Counted from the first letter of the stretch, positions 17,552 to 28,206 are shown. The stretch: DNA of 64,000 nt from an uncultured delta proteobacterium (GCA_963796055.1 CAWCKH010000002.1:160001-224000), one strand, 5' to 3'. The notes: generated from the sequence alone by a model not told the origin. Program-made: numbers and translations.

Positions 17552-18903
17552 TCGCCGCCTCCTTTCGAGCTCCTGATCTTGTCCATCAGCGCCTTCTTCT
17601 TGTCTCGCAGGTACTGGCCAATCCAGTCGCGTACTCGGTCTTCTTTCGCTTCGGTGATGCCCTTGGCCAGCTCATCGAGCTCCGTCTTCCACACCAGGCG
17701 GAGTGCCTCTTTGTCGTCGTCGCTCAGCCCGTCGACGTTCACCTTCCAGCTGTTGTCGAAGTCCTGCAACGCGGCATCGAGCCGCCCGGGGAGGTTGAAG
17801 CGCTCGATGTCTTCCCAGGTGTGGAGGTTCTCGGACAGCTCGAGCAGCTCCTCGACCGTCTTGTCACCGACCGGGCCGACGAAGACGTCGCGGAACTGGC
17901 TCATGAAGTCTTCGTAGCCGTGCTTGAGCTCATCCATGAAAGGCTTGACCGCGTCGGCAGCAGCACGCGCGAGCAGCAGCGCATCTTTCTGCCCGCCGGA
18001 GGTGGGACATCCCGATGCAAGGGACTCGGCGTTCGCGGTCGTCTCGTTGTACTCGCGCGTCGCCGATTCATAGTTCGTTCGCTTGACGAACTCGCGAACG
18101 CTCTCCCGAATCTGCGTGAAGAGAACGACAAGGGTCTCCTCTTCCCGGTTCATCTGGCTCAGCGCCTCTACATAAGTGGAAATCCCCTTCTTGTAGGGCC
18201 CGAGCGCTTGCATGACGTGCTGAACCGCTGCCTTCGCGAGCTGCTTGACGACATCCTTCCAATCGTTGGGAGTCGCGTTTGGATCCAGCTTGACGTTCGA
18301 CGCTTTCTCCGCGAGCCAGCGCTGCTCCGCAATCACCTTCTCGACCGTTTCCTTGAAGAGATCCTGGATCTGCTTGGTGGTGCCGGCGACCTTGTCGTCG
18401 ATGGAGCGATCGCTGTCGCCCAGCGACTTCCACTTCGCCTCGAGCCGATCCGCCTCGACATCGAAGTTGATGGAGTTGAGAAGCGCCTGCGCCGACATCC
18501 GAGCCGGCGTCATCCGGCCGCACTGAGCGAAGAAGGCGGCCTCTTGAGTCGAGACCGTCTGGGCGAAGGCGCACAGCTCAGGAGCGACCGTCGTCGCGTC
18601 CTTCAAAGCGTCCATGATCTTCTTGGCGGCCTCCGCGCTGTTCTTGGCGTAGTACTCGGTCCACTTCGCCTGGTAGGCTTCCGGCGACGGAGAGGAAGAT
18701 TCCTCCTTCAGAATCGCGAGTGATTCCTGCAGCACCTCGTCTCGCCACTTCGAATACTTCTCCAGGTCGTTGGTGAAGCCGGTGTAGCGGGCCAGAACCT
18801 TCGCCTGGTCCGCGCCATGCTCCCCGGCCTTGGCGGTGTCCGTTGCCTCAGGTGTCCTGAGGCCCGACAAGATCTCTTCAATACGGGCGTTGTAGAGAAC
18901 CAT
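17548..18903 (-). CDS. Hypothetical all-helical/coiled-coil protein
   Basis: ~450-aa ORF rich in A/E/K/Q with few prolines; no recognisable motif; start at 18903 or 18921. Confidence 0.75.
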   Translation of the reverse strand: MVLYNARIEEILSGLRTPEATDTAKAGEHGADQAKVLARYTGFTNDLEKYSKWRDEVLQESLAILKEESSSPSPEAYQAKWTEYYAKNSAEAAKKIMDALKDATTVAPELCAFAQTVSTQEAAFFAQCGRMTPARMSAQALLNSINFDVEADRLEAKWKSLGDSDRSIDDKVAGTTKQIQDLFKETVEKVIAEQRWLAEKASNVKLDPNATPNDWKDVVKQLAKAAVQHVMQALGPYKKGISTYVEALSQMNREEETLVVLFTQIRESVREFVKRTNYESATREYNETTANAESLASGCPTSGGQKDALLLARAAADAVKPFMDELKHGYEDFMSQFRDVFVGPVGDKTVEELLELSENLHTWEDIERFNLPGRLDAALQDFDNSWKVNVDGLSDDDKEALRLVWKTELDELAKGITEAKEDRVRDWIGQYLRDKKKALMDKIRSSKGGGE

Positions 18904-19500
18904 GGCAAGCGACCTTCTCACCGGAGGTGCGGCGATGCACCGAGATGTGGGGGGAGAAAAGCAACCTGGCCCCGCTGTTCAGCGACAATCATCCGAGGAG
19001 GCGGACGAGCGCGTTGGGATCAGGGGTGACGGGCGGAGGAGCCGGACCAGCAGATCGCGTGCGCGGGTGCGCCAGGGCGAGGACTGCGCGCGATAGAGAC
19101 TCTGCATCGACACGACTCCCAGGACTCGGGCTGCGACCCAGGCCCTCCCGGTCCATGGATCCGGTCTCCAGCGGAGGACACCGGACCCCCGCCAGCGTTG
19201 CGTGTCCGGTGCCCCGCCCTTCGTCAGCGAAGGACCTCGAGCTGCTCCTGCGTGAGGCTCGTGTCCTCGCCCTGAAAGTCGATGGGATTCATCTCGGCCC
19301 ACCGCACCGAGCACGGGAAGCTCAGCGCGCGCGCTCCGTTGGAGCCAGTTACCGGAGAGGGGCTGGTGGCGGGACGCACAGTGGCCACTCGCGGCGATTT
19401 TCGAGACGCCCGGAGTCCGCCAGTTGCTGGGACAGCGGGACCACATCGATGAGCGATAGACGCTACGGCGGGCTCAATCGGCCCGTTGGTCGTTCGAGGT

Positions 19501-20334
19501 TCAGCGAAACGCGGCGAGCCAGGCAGCCACGGGGACGCACCCCGTGGCGACGGCGAGCAAAGCCTGAGCGGCCCGGTTCCGCAGCGGCGGCAGAAGCGAC
19601 ACCGTCGCGCCGGCCAGCACGCCGCAGAGAAATCCGCAGAGATGGCCAGTGAGGTCGGCGCGCTTCGACGTTCCCAGGAATGCAAGCAGAGCGAGCCCGC
19701 CACCCAGGGGGATCCAGGCACGGCGGTCGTGCCGAGGCAAGGCTGCGAGTGAGCCCACGGCACCGAAGGCGGCCGTCGAGGCCCCGATGGAGACGAAGTT
19801 TTGCCGCATGACCTCGGCGGCGGCGAGCGTACCTGCGGCGCCCGAGAGCAGCACCAGGGCGCTCGCCAGCCCCGGGCCGACGGAGCGTGCGAGCAGCGCC
19901 AAGAGGAGTCCGCCCAGCACGGCGTTGCCCGCGACGTGACCAGCGTCGCCGTGCAGGGTGAGCGCGGTGACTGCTCGCCAGTACTCGCCGCGTAGGATCG
20001 CAGCGGCGTCCGCGCTCCCCCGCTCGAACCAGGGTGAGCCGGCGGAGTCCGGACCCGTCCAGACGTACATCGCCAACAGTGCGAAAGAGAACACGAGACC
20101 GCAGGCAACCGCTCCCGCTGTGGAGTGGACTGGCTCAGGACGGCGTACTTCCAGCGGGTTCTCCCGCTCGAACGCAGCGACCACTGCCTCCGCACGCCCG
20201 GCGTCCTTGTCGTCAATGTGGATCGCCCAGAGCTCGTCTCCGAGGCGGCGCACCTCGTGGGCAATGCCCTCCTGGTCCAGGACCAGCGATAGGTCCATCG
20301 CGCGGCGGAAATCGCTGGAGAGGCGCAGGAGCAC
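19501..20334 (-). CDS. Rhomboid family intramembrane serine protease
   Basis: GEYWRAVTALTLHGDAGHVAGN, SIGASTA (GxS), GHLCGF; the apparent native ATG at 20349 is followed directly by TAG. Confidence 0.85.
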   Translation of the reverse strand: MLLRLSSDFRRAMDLSLVLDQEGIAHEVRRLGDELWAIHIDDKDAGRAEAVVAAFERENPLEVRRPEPVHSTAGAVACGLVFSFALLAMYVWTGPDSAGSPWFERGSADAAAILRGEYWRAVTALTLHGDAGHVAGNAVLGGLLLALLARSVGPGLASALVLLSGAAGTLAAAEVMRQNFVSIGASTAAFGAVGSLAALPRHDRRAWIPLGGGLALLAFLGTSKRADLTGHLCGFLCGVLAGATVSLLPPLRNRAAQALLAVATGCVPVAAWLAAFR

Positions 20335-20462
20335 GCGGGCAGCCTACATGGCGCGGTCCTTACAGGAGAGCGCCGCCGTGGCGGTCCTCTCCGTTTCCTC
20401 CAAGCAGCGCCGCGTGCTCGACCGCTCACTTGCGACCCAACGGTGAAGTGACTCCGCCGCGT

Positions 20463-20526
20463 GACTTGCAGGCGGCAGTGCGCGCGCTCGAGAGCCTTGG
20501 ACACGTTTAGGACGCACCCCGGTGTT
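20463..20526 (+). repeat. Copy of the integrase 3' end and arm-type repeat (direct repeat of 34138-34200)
   Basis: About 64 bp with 5 substitutions and 1 indel versus 34138-34200; encodes DLQAAVRALESLGHV* versus DLRAAVRALESLGHV*. Confidence 0.85.
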
Positions 20527-20806
20527 CCGCGCCCTGGTGAGAACGTCGCGCGGTCCCGCCTTCGTCCGGGTCTTGACCCCGACGAGGGTTGCGTAGGTGG
20601 CCTCGCCCTCCCCCGCCGACCCCCTTTGCAGGCCCAGACAGCGCAAAGCCGAAGCGCAGAGTACGTGCCGGGAAAGTGGACCGTGCATGTCCACGTCGAG
20701 GATGGCTACCATGCCAGTCAGAGCACCCCCAGCCGTCGTGGCTGGACTCTTGTAACCGAGTCTCCGGAGAACCCGAGGCGGTTCACAACTCATAAGGGAG
20801 CATGCT

Positions 20807-22564
20807 GTGGCAGAGCACTCTGAGCCGGCTCACATGGCGTCCCCCGCGCCTCCGGTATTGGTCGTCGTGGATTCGGATCGGCAGGACCGCATGGCGACTG
20901 AGTCGGCGCTGGTTCGCCGCTTCGAGCCGGACTACCGCGTGGTGACCGCCGACTCTTCGACGTCCGCGCAGGCGGCGTTGGAGCGGTTGGCGAGCCAGGG
21001 TGAGGACGTGGCGCTGATCGCCGCCGATTTGCGGCTGCCCGGTATGGACGGCCTGGCGTTCTTGGAGCGCGCGCAAGAGTTACATCGGGGTGCGAGTCGA
21101 GTGCTGTTGATAGCCATGGATCGCTATCACACCCGGATTCCCTTCACAGAGTTGGCGACATTGCAGCGAGCGACCGCGCTGGGCCGGATCGACTTCTGGA
21201 TTGTCAAGGGGTGGGTCACCCCGGAGGAGTGGCTGTATCCGCAGGTGCAAGAAGCGTTGAGCGCATGGACCATGACCCACCGACCGCATCACGTGGTGTA
21301 CCGCATCGTCGGTGAGCAGCGGGCACCGCGTAGCCACGCCCTGCGGGACGTGCTGAGCCGAAACGGCGTGCCGTTCGCTTTCTATCCTGTGGACTCACCG
21401 CAGGGACAACAGCTGCTGCGCGACTTTTCAGTTGACCCAGCACGGCTTCCGGCCCTGGTCAGCCACGACGGCACGGTGCTGCACAATCCGAGCTTCGCCG
21501 ACATTGCCGGCGCGCACGGTATCCAGGTACAGGCGGCCGCTGAGATCCATGACCTAGCGATCCTTGGTGCCGGACCGGCCGGGTTGGCAGCCGCCGTGTA
21601 TGGAGCCTCCGAAGGGTTGCACACCGTCGTCATCGAGCAGCTGGCCATTGGTGGCCAGGCCGGTACCAGCTCACTGATTCGCAACTATCTGGGCTTCCCG
21701 CGTGGCCTGAGCGGAGGTGACCTGGCACACCGGGCGTGGCAGCAGGCGGTGCTGTTCGGGGCCCAGTTTGCTTTCACCCACGGGGCCATCCGGTTGACAA
21801 CGACCGGGGGCCATCAGGTGATCACGCTCGACGACGAAAGCGAGGTCGTTTCCCGGGCGGTGATCATTGCGACGGGTGTGACGTACCGCCGCCTCAATAT
21901 TCCTACTCTGGACCGGTTCGTCGGCACAGGAGTGTTCTACGGCGCCGCCGGCGTGGAAGCGCCGGCGATGGCAGGGCAAGAGGTGTATGTCATTGGCGGG
22001 GCGAACTCGGCCGGCCAGACAGCCCTGCACCTCGCGAGGTTCGCCAACCGGGTTACATTGCTGGTCCGTGGGCAGTCACTGGCCGCCGGCATGTCCGACT
22101 ACCTAGTCAGGCAGCTGGAGGAGACCAAAAACGTCGAGGTCCGCCTAGAGACGCGCGTGGTCGACGGCCGCGGCAAGATCCACCTCGAAGCCCTCACGTT
22201 AGAGAATCTCCGCACTGGTCGACAGCAGGAGGTCCTAGCAACAGCCGTGTTCGTGCTCATCGGCGCGGAACCGCACACCGATTGGCTTCGCGATGTTGTG
22301 AAGCTCGACGAGCGTGGGTTCATCCTGACCGGCCGCGACATTCCGCAATCTGCATGGCCTGGACAACGGGCACCGCTGCCGTTCGAGACAAGTGTGGCCG
22401 GGGTGTTCGCAGCCGGGGACGTCCGTTTCGGGTCGGTCAAGCGTGTCGCCGGTGCCGTTGGCGAAGGATTGGTCACCGTGGGCTCGGTCCACCGATACCT
22501 TGCCGACGCGGTGGCCGGGACTCGCTCAGTGTCTTCGCAAACAGATCGAGATGCCCGAGTATGA
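20807..22564 (+). CDS. Receiver-domain-fused thioredoxin-reductase-like FAD oxidoreductase
   Basis: N-terminal receiver (VLVVVD..ADLRLPGMDGLAFL); GAGPAG, GGQAGTSS.IRNYLGFP, GGANSAGQ, GVFAAGDVR.GSVKRVA. Confidence 0.9.
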   Translation: MAEHSEPAHMASPAPPVLVVVDSDRQDRMATESALVRRFEPDYRVVTADSSTSAQAALERLASQGEDVALIAADLRLPGMDGLAFLERAQELHRGASRVLLIAMDRYHTRIPFTELATLQRATALGRIDFWIVKGWVTPEEWLYPQVQEALSAWTMTHRPHHVVYRIVGEQRAPRSHALRDVLSRNGVPFAFYPVDSPQGQQLLRDFSVDPARLPALVSHDGTVLHNPSFADIAGAHGIQVQAAAEIHDLAILGAGPAGLAAAVYGASEGLHTVVIEQLAIGGQAGTSSLIRNYLGFPRGLSGGDLAHRAWQQAVLFGAQFAFTHGAIRLTTTGGHQVITLDDESEVVSRAVIIATGVTYRRLNIPTLDRFVGTGVFYGAAGVEAPAMAGQEVYVIGGANSAGQTALHLARFANRVTLLVRGQSLAAGMSDYLVRQLEETKNVEVRLETRVVDGRGKIHLEALTLENLRTGRQQEVLATAVFVLIGAEPHTDWLRDVVKLDERGFILTGRDIPQSAWPGQRAPLPFETSVAGVFAAGDVRFGSVKRVAGAVGEGLVTVGSVHRYLADAVAGTRSVSSQTDRDARV

Positions 22565-22764
22565 CGCGCGGGGGTCTTGGAAACGAGGTTAGAAGCACCG
22601 AGCCGAGCCGGCGTGCGCGCCCCCGGGGACCCGGCTCACCCCACCTCGGCGAGCAGGCCCCTTGAACTGGAACAGTGCTCACGTTCGCGTCCGGCGGTCC
22701 CGGAGCCGAGGCACTCTCGCGAAACCATCCGACGGCACGGCCGGACTCACTTTGGTGTCGGTGC

Positions 22765-23073
22765 CTACTTCGGTGGAGGGGTCGTTCCGTGGGGCATCGT
22801 GCCTGCCTCCGAGCCCATCGCCCCGGGGCCCGTGCCGGCTCCCTGGCCGTCCATCATCCTCTGCCCGGAGCCCGTTCCCGGGTCGTGCATTGTCCCCTGC
22901 GCCCCCGTTCCCTGGTCGTGCATTGTCCCCTGACCCCCCGTTCCCTGGTCGTGCATTGTCCCCTGACCCATACCGCCACCCTGCTGCTGTGGCGTCGGCG
23001 CGGGTGGACATCCGAGAAGGGCTAGAGTGCCGGCGAGAACGGCGGCAATGAACAGCGTCTGACGTGTCTTCAT
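22765..23073 (-). CDS. Small Gly/Met/His-repeat lipoprotein
   Basis: Lipobox LALLGC; three GQGTMHDQGTG-type repeats; GGAG RBS; downstream of the CopB-type gene on the same strand. Confidence 0.7.
   Translation of the reverse strand: MKTRQTLFIAAVLAGTLALLGCPPAPTPQQQGGGMGQGTMHDQGTGGQGTMHDQGTGAQGTMHDPGTGSGQRMMDGQGAGTGPGAMGSEAGTMPHGTTPPPK
22872..22969. repeat. 33-bp coding tandem repeat, 3 copies
   Basis: Unit approximately CCGTTCCCTGGTCGTGCATTGTCCCCTGACCCC. Confidence 0.85.
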
Positions 23074-23497
23074 GGCTCTCTCCTGCTGGTAGATGCGACT
23101 GCGCTCCACCGCTTCCAATGCGAGTGGGCGGAACCGGTCCGCTGTCCCTGGTCTGACGGTCTCAGCGGTCGAATCCCAACGAGCTCGAGCTCGTCGGCTG
23201 GCAGCCTGGTCCTCTCGCTAAATCCGGGTCGAGCGCGGTAGGACGCCGAAGACACCGGGCTTCGAGTGTATGACCGCATACGGGGCGCGCCAGGACGACT
23301 GTGAGTGCGTCTCAGACCGTGAACAGGTCCGCACTTCCCAACGCCTGACTGACTCATTAGGACGAGCTCAGAACCTGCGCACCCGGACTGCCTGCCCGCG
23401 CAAACCGTGCGTGGGCTGGGGCCCTGGCTTGGTGCTGAGTCCTCCTTCTCCCGCGCGCCGACGTCGCGACCTATCGGCAGCGGTCGCCCTATGGGCT

Positions 23498-25548
23498 CTA
23501 CAGCCGAACCCGCCTTAGAAGCTGAGCGTTCAACGCGACGATGACGGTGCTCGCCGACATGAGCACTGCCCCGACCGCGGGATGCAGCACAATCCCCCAC
23601 GGCGCGAGGACACCTGCCGCGAGCGGAATGGCGACGACGTTGTAGCCGGCCGCCCACAACAGGTTCTCAATCATCTTCCGGTAAGTCGCGCGGCTGAGGA
23701 TGACGATGCGGGGCACGTCGCGCGGGTCGCTCCGGACCAGAACCACGTCTCCCGCCTCCACCGCGACCTCGGTACCGGCACCCATGGCGATGCCGACGTC
23801 CGCTGTCGCGAGGGCGGGAGCGTCTTGACCCCATCGCCGACCCTGGCCACCCTTTCCCCTTGTCGCTTGAGCTCGGCAATCGTCTCCGCCTTTCGGTCGG
23901 GGAGCACCTCCGCGTGCACGGTATCGACACCGACTTCGCGGGCGACCGCCTCTGCGACGGCTCGTGAATCTCCGGTCAGCATGGCCACGTGAATCGACAT
24001 CGCCTTCAGCCGAGCCACTGCCTCGCGCGATTCGGGCCTGGTCGCATCCGCCACGGCCAGGGCTGCCACGACATGCCCGTCGACGACGAGAAAGACGACC
24101 GCCTGTCCACGGGTCGCGACCTCTTCCGAAAACGTCTTGAGTTGGGGCGGCAGGGTGACGCCGAGCCGGAGCAAGAGATTCGGACCGCCCACCATCCATT
24201 CACGCCCCTCCACTGACGCCCGGACGCCCTGGCCAGCGATTGCCTGGAAGGAGGTGGCGGCGGGGACTTGAAGGCCCCGCTCTTCGGCAGAACGAACCAC
24301 CGCCCTGGCGATGGAGTGCTCTGAGTCGCGTTCGACCGCCGCTGCGACCCGGAGCGCGTCCTCCTCGGAGGTGCCGCTGACGGTTCGGATGCCGACCACT
24401 CGATGCTCGCCGAGCGTCAGGGTTCCGGTCTTGTCGAAGACGACTACATCGAGTTGGCGAGCGTCCTCGAGGCCGCGACGCTCCCGGATGAGCAGCCCGG
24501 AGCGCGCCCCGACCGTCGTGGAGATGGCAATGACGAGCGGGATGGCCAGACCGAGGGCGTGCGGGCAGGCGATGACCAGCACGGTGACTACCCGCTCGAC
24601 GACGACCGCCCCCGGTGCCCTCAGGGCTAGCCAGACGACCGCGGTCACGATTGCCGAGGCCACCGCGACGATGGTGAGTAGGAGCGCCGCGCGGTCTGCG
24701 AGGGCCTGGGCGCGTGAGCGAGAGGTCTGCGCCGTCTCGACGAGTCGCATGATCCGCGCCAGCGTCGTTCCCTCGCCTGTGCCGGTCACCTGGACACGAA
24801 GAGAGCCAGCACCATTGACGGTCCCGGCTACCACCCGGTCACCGTCGCGCTTCACTGGACGGGACTCGCCGGTGATCATCGACTCGTCGGCCATACTCTC
24901 GCCCGACTTCACCACCCCGTCCGCCGGGACCCGTGCTCCCGGTCGAACGAGGACCAGGTCCCCGTCCCTCAGCGCGGAGAGCGGGATTTCTTCCTCCCGG
25001 TCAGCGGCGATGCGAACGACCGTGGCGGGCAGGAGCCTCGCCAATGCCTTCAACGCGCCCTGCGCCTGGACGATGGACCGCATTTCGATCCAGTGGCCAA
25101 GGAGCATCACGGTCACCAGGGTCGCCAGCTCCTCCCAGAGCGGCGTCCCGGGATAGCCGGCCGTCACCACCACGCTGAAGACAAAGGCGACGGCGATCGC
25201 CAGGGCAATGAGGGTCATCATTCCGGGGAGGCGGCTGCGAATCTCGCGAATCGCGCCCTGGAGGAAAGGCCGTCCGCCGTAGAGGAACACCAGCGTGCCG
25301 AGCACCGGAGGAATGAACGCCGAACCCGGAAACACCGGCGGCTCCCAGCCGAGTGCCGAGGGGAGCATGTGACCCCACGCCAGTATCGGGATGGTGAGTC
25401 CCACGCTCACGAAGAACCGGCGCCGGAACATCTCCACGCTGTGGCCGGCGTGGCGCTCGTGCCCTCCGTCCTCATGCACGACAGGCGCAAAAGGGGTGCC
25501 TGCCGCTGCGGTCATTTGTGGTGCGTGATGGTCATGATGACCGGTCAT
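23498..25548 (-). pseudogene. copB: Copper-translocating P1B-3 type ATPase, frameshifted by a 1-nt deletion near 23825
   Basis: His-rich N-terminus, [13 protein letters not shown] (CPH), DKTGT, YN and MSAS motifs; GDGVNDAPAL is split as gtc-aa-gac-gct and continues as [15 protein letters not shown] in ORF 23498..24199. Confidence 0.85.
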
Positions 25549-25866
25549 TACTTCCTCCGGGGCCACCCCTCACCAGGACGGCGAATTGAGCTTGCGACTC
25601 CAGCCGTCGAGACGAAAGTCCGGGCACGCCTGTTGTCAGGTCCTCCATTGCGAGTTGGTGTGCACCCTCGGCATCTGCACCGAGGTCCTGGTCGCGACGT
25701 CGCCCTGGGCTCGTCTGCGCTCCGGAGCTACGCTGCGGATGTTTCGAGAATTCAGGCGTGGATCCGGATGTTCCAGATTCAACTGGAGACGGAGCGTCGG
25801 TTCTGCACGGAATCGACGCGCTTGTCGGATCCGTGTTTCGGCGGGTCAGAAAAGGAGCAACTGGAG

Positions 25867-26829
25867 ATGCGTACCCAACCTCGTTCGCTGCATCCCTCCC
25901 TCTCCGCCACCCTCCTCCTGACAGCCGCGCTGGGCGCTGGCGGAACGGTGGCCCTGGGTTGTCAGCGGAGCAACGGCCAGCCCTCGATCGGGCCCGCCAC
26001 CCCGACGGTCTCTCCGCCGGCGAGCACCGCGGCAGGCTCGATGCAATCGACCTCGATGGCTCAAGCCGCCGATGGGGGCACTGCTGCCAGCGAAGCAGCC
26101 ACCTACGCGGAGCTCGAGGGCCTCTACAGGGAGCTCGCCGGCACGGGGGCCTCGCCCAAGGAGCCGTGGGCAAGCCTGGCGCGCCAGATGGCCGAGATGC
26201 ACCAGCTGATGGTGAGCGGCCGCCCGATGGGCGGGCCGGGGACGATGGGCGGCCCCGGAATGATGGGCGGGCAGGGAATGGGCGGGCGACACGGCGCGAC
26301 GATGGGCGGCCGCGGCATGATGTGGCAGCGCTCGTGCGCCCTCGACACCTGGAATCGAGGCATGGCCACGTTGAGTCAGAAGAGCGGCGAGGCGGCGCGT
26401 TCCGCCGGCGATACCAAACTCGCCGAAAAGCTTGGCGCCGTCGCCAAGAAGCACTCGGAGCTCGCCGAGCAGGTCGGCGGCCAGCCCGCCGCTCCCGCCA
26501 CCGAGACGGGCCAAGACGGCAGCGCGATCTTCGCCGCGGCCTGCTCGCCCTGCCATCGCCCCCAGGGGGAAGGGGTGCCGGGCGTCTTTCCTTCCCTTCG
26601 AGGTGATCCAGTGGTCCTCGGGTCTGATGAACGCCTGATCAAGACCGTGCTCGGAGGCCTCAATGGCCCGCTCGCAGTCGGCGCGCAGCACTACTACGGT
26701 GTGATGCCGGCGTTCGGCGATCGTCTCGACGACCGAGCACTCGCGGCCGTGCTCACCTACGTCAGGGGTGCGTGGGGAAACAGCGCGCCGCCGGTTACCG
26801 CTGAACGGGTGGCCGCGCTACGGAAGTAA
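25867..26829 (+). CDS. Met/Gly-rich c-type cytochrome lipoprotein
   Basis: Lipobox VALGC; GGPGMMGG tract; heme motif CSPCH; GVFPSL, MPAF, LTYVRGAWGN. Confidence 0.85.
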   Translation: MRTQPRSLHPSLSATLLLTAALGAGGTVALGCQRSNGQPSIGPATPTVSPPASTAAGSMQSTSMAQAADGGTAASEAATYAELEGLYRELAGTGASPKEPWASLARQMAEMHQLMVSGRPMGGPGTMGGPGMMGGQGMGGRHGATMGGRGMMWQRSCALDTWNRGMATLSQKSGEAARSAGDTKLAEKLGAVAKKHSELAEQVGGQPAAPATETGQDGSAIFAAACSPCHRPQGEGVPGVFPSLRGDPVVLGSDERLIKTVLGGLNGPLAVGAQHYYGVMPAFGDRLDDRALAAVLTYVRGAWGNSAPPVTAERVAALRK

Positions 26830-27276
26830 ATCGTCTCGGAGGAGACCTCGTGCGGAGTTGTCACCGGCATCCCCTCGCACGGGAAGGGCCCTGTTGTGCC
26901 GCGGCAGCCCCGCGCCGAAGCGCGACGGCCGCGGCCCCGACGTCGAGTCGGTCGAACGCCGGCGCGGGAGACGGACCGAGGCCGGCGCGGTGGGCCGAGC
27001 ACGAGCGGCGCCGCTGGACCCGCTGGTGGCCCGGCCCGCCCGTCGCGCCGTCCCACTCGCTAGGGCAACACGCACTTGGCCGCGCGCAAGAAATGCGCTC
27101 TCGTCTTCTGCATTCCACGGAATCGATCGACCCATTGAAGCGTTTGACGATTGAAGCGCGGCGGGTTCTCGCAGCACGCACGTCGGCCGCTCCGAGTGAT
27201 ACAAGGCACCCGGGGCGGGCACGTGGACGGCCAACGACGTGTCCACGCTCCGCCGCCTGGAAGATGGGGTGGCGCC

Positions 27277-27501
27277 ATGCACTGGTGGAACGATGGGGGT
27301 GGATTCGGGGGCTGGATGGGATTCGGATGGATCTTCGGCGTAGCGCTGGTCGCTGTCGTCTTCTGGGTGCTCTTCAAGTCCGTGCGCAGTGGATCGAGCG
27401 ACTCACCTGAATCACCAGAACAAATCCTCAAGCGCCGGTATGCGAAGGGTGAGATCGACCGCGAGACTTATCAACGGATGATGAGTGAGCTCAGAGGCTG
27501 A
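27277..27501 (+). CDS. SHOCT domain membrane protein
   Basis: MHWW..GWMGFGWIF TM segment; PEQILKRRYAKGEIDRETY. Confidence 0.85.
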   Translation: MHWWNDGGGFGGWMGFGWIFGVALVAVVFWVLFKSVRSGSSDSPESPEQILKRRYAKGEIDRETYQRMMSELRG

Positions 27502-27582
27502 GCGGGTGAGCAACTTCAGCGAGCCCCCTGAACGAACGGAGCCGCTGGTCCATCGGGTCAGTCGCCCCCATCGCTCGGCGAG

Positions 27583-28206
27583 TCAGTGCCCGGGTCCCGG
27601 CCGGCCCCCTCCCCAATTCCAGCCCCCAGGGGGCCCGCCTTCGCGGCGCCACTGATCAAGCTGGTTGCGCTGTTCCGGGGTGAGAACGGCCCGCGCTTGG
27701 TTCGTTGCCTGAACGTGGGCCTCGAGCATCTCCTGGCGAAGCTTGCTCGTGTGGGCGTAGACCGCTCCGATTGCTTTGGGATCGGGTTCGCTTGCCGAGG
27801 AGAGGTCACGCAACTTGGCCTCGTCGTCCTGGATCTGGCCCATGATCGCCCAGTGCTTCTTCCGGAGCGCATCGGCGATGCCGTTGATCTTCGTGCGCTG
27901 GGCATCCGAGAGGTTAAGCATCCAGATCGGCCCCATCCCGTAGCCGCCCATCATCCCAGGGCCCATTCCGTAGCCTCCGTAGCCGCCCATCATCCCGGGG
28001 CCCATTCCGTAGCCTCCGTAGCCACCCATCATCCCGGGGCCGCCCATCATCTCGGGTCCCATCCCGTAGCCTCCGTAGCCGCCCATCATCCCGGGGCCCA
28101 TCCCGTAGCTGCCCTGGCCCGCATCTCCTTGGGCCAGCACTGCTCCCGGGCTCACCAGGGCCGCGGCTCCGAGGAAGGCCATCAACGAGGTAGCAAGACG
28201 TCTCAT
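27583..28206 (-). CDS. Spy/CpxP/ZraP-like periplasmic protein with GGYGMGPGMM repeats
   Basis: Signal peptide; LNLSDAQ and VLTPEQR (LTxxQ motifs); Met/Tyr/Gly repeats. Confidence 0.85.
   Translation of the reverse strand: MRRLATSLMAFLGAAALVSPGAVLAQGDAGQGSYGMGPGMMGGYGGYGMGPEMMGGPGMMGGYGGYGMGPGMMGGYGGYGMGPGMMGGYGMGPIWMLNLSDAQRTKINGIADALRKKHWAIMGQIQDDEAKLRDLSSASEPDPKAIGAVYAHTSKLRQEMLEAHVQATNQARAVLTPEQRNQLDQWRREGGPPGGWNWGGGRPGPGH
27930..28110. repeat. Imperfect 39-bp coding repeat (GGYGGYGMGPGMM)
   Basis: Repeated CCGTAGCCGCCCATCATCCCGGGGCCCAT units. Confidence 0.8.

Noticed and set aside
18930..19480. Gene between the helical protein and the rhomboid
   Set aside because: Only short, inconsistent frames (e.g. 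MNPIDFQGEDTSLTQEQLEVLR*); no family recognised
22872..28110. CRISPR-like arrays (33-bp and 39-bp repeats)
   Set aside because: Units are contiguous, multiples of 3, inside CDSs, without unique spacers; no cas genes in the window
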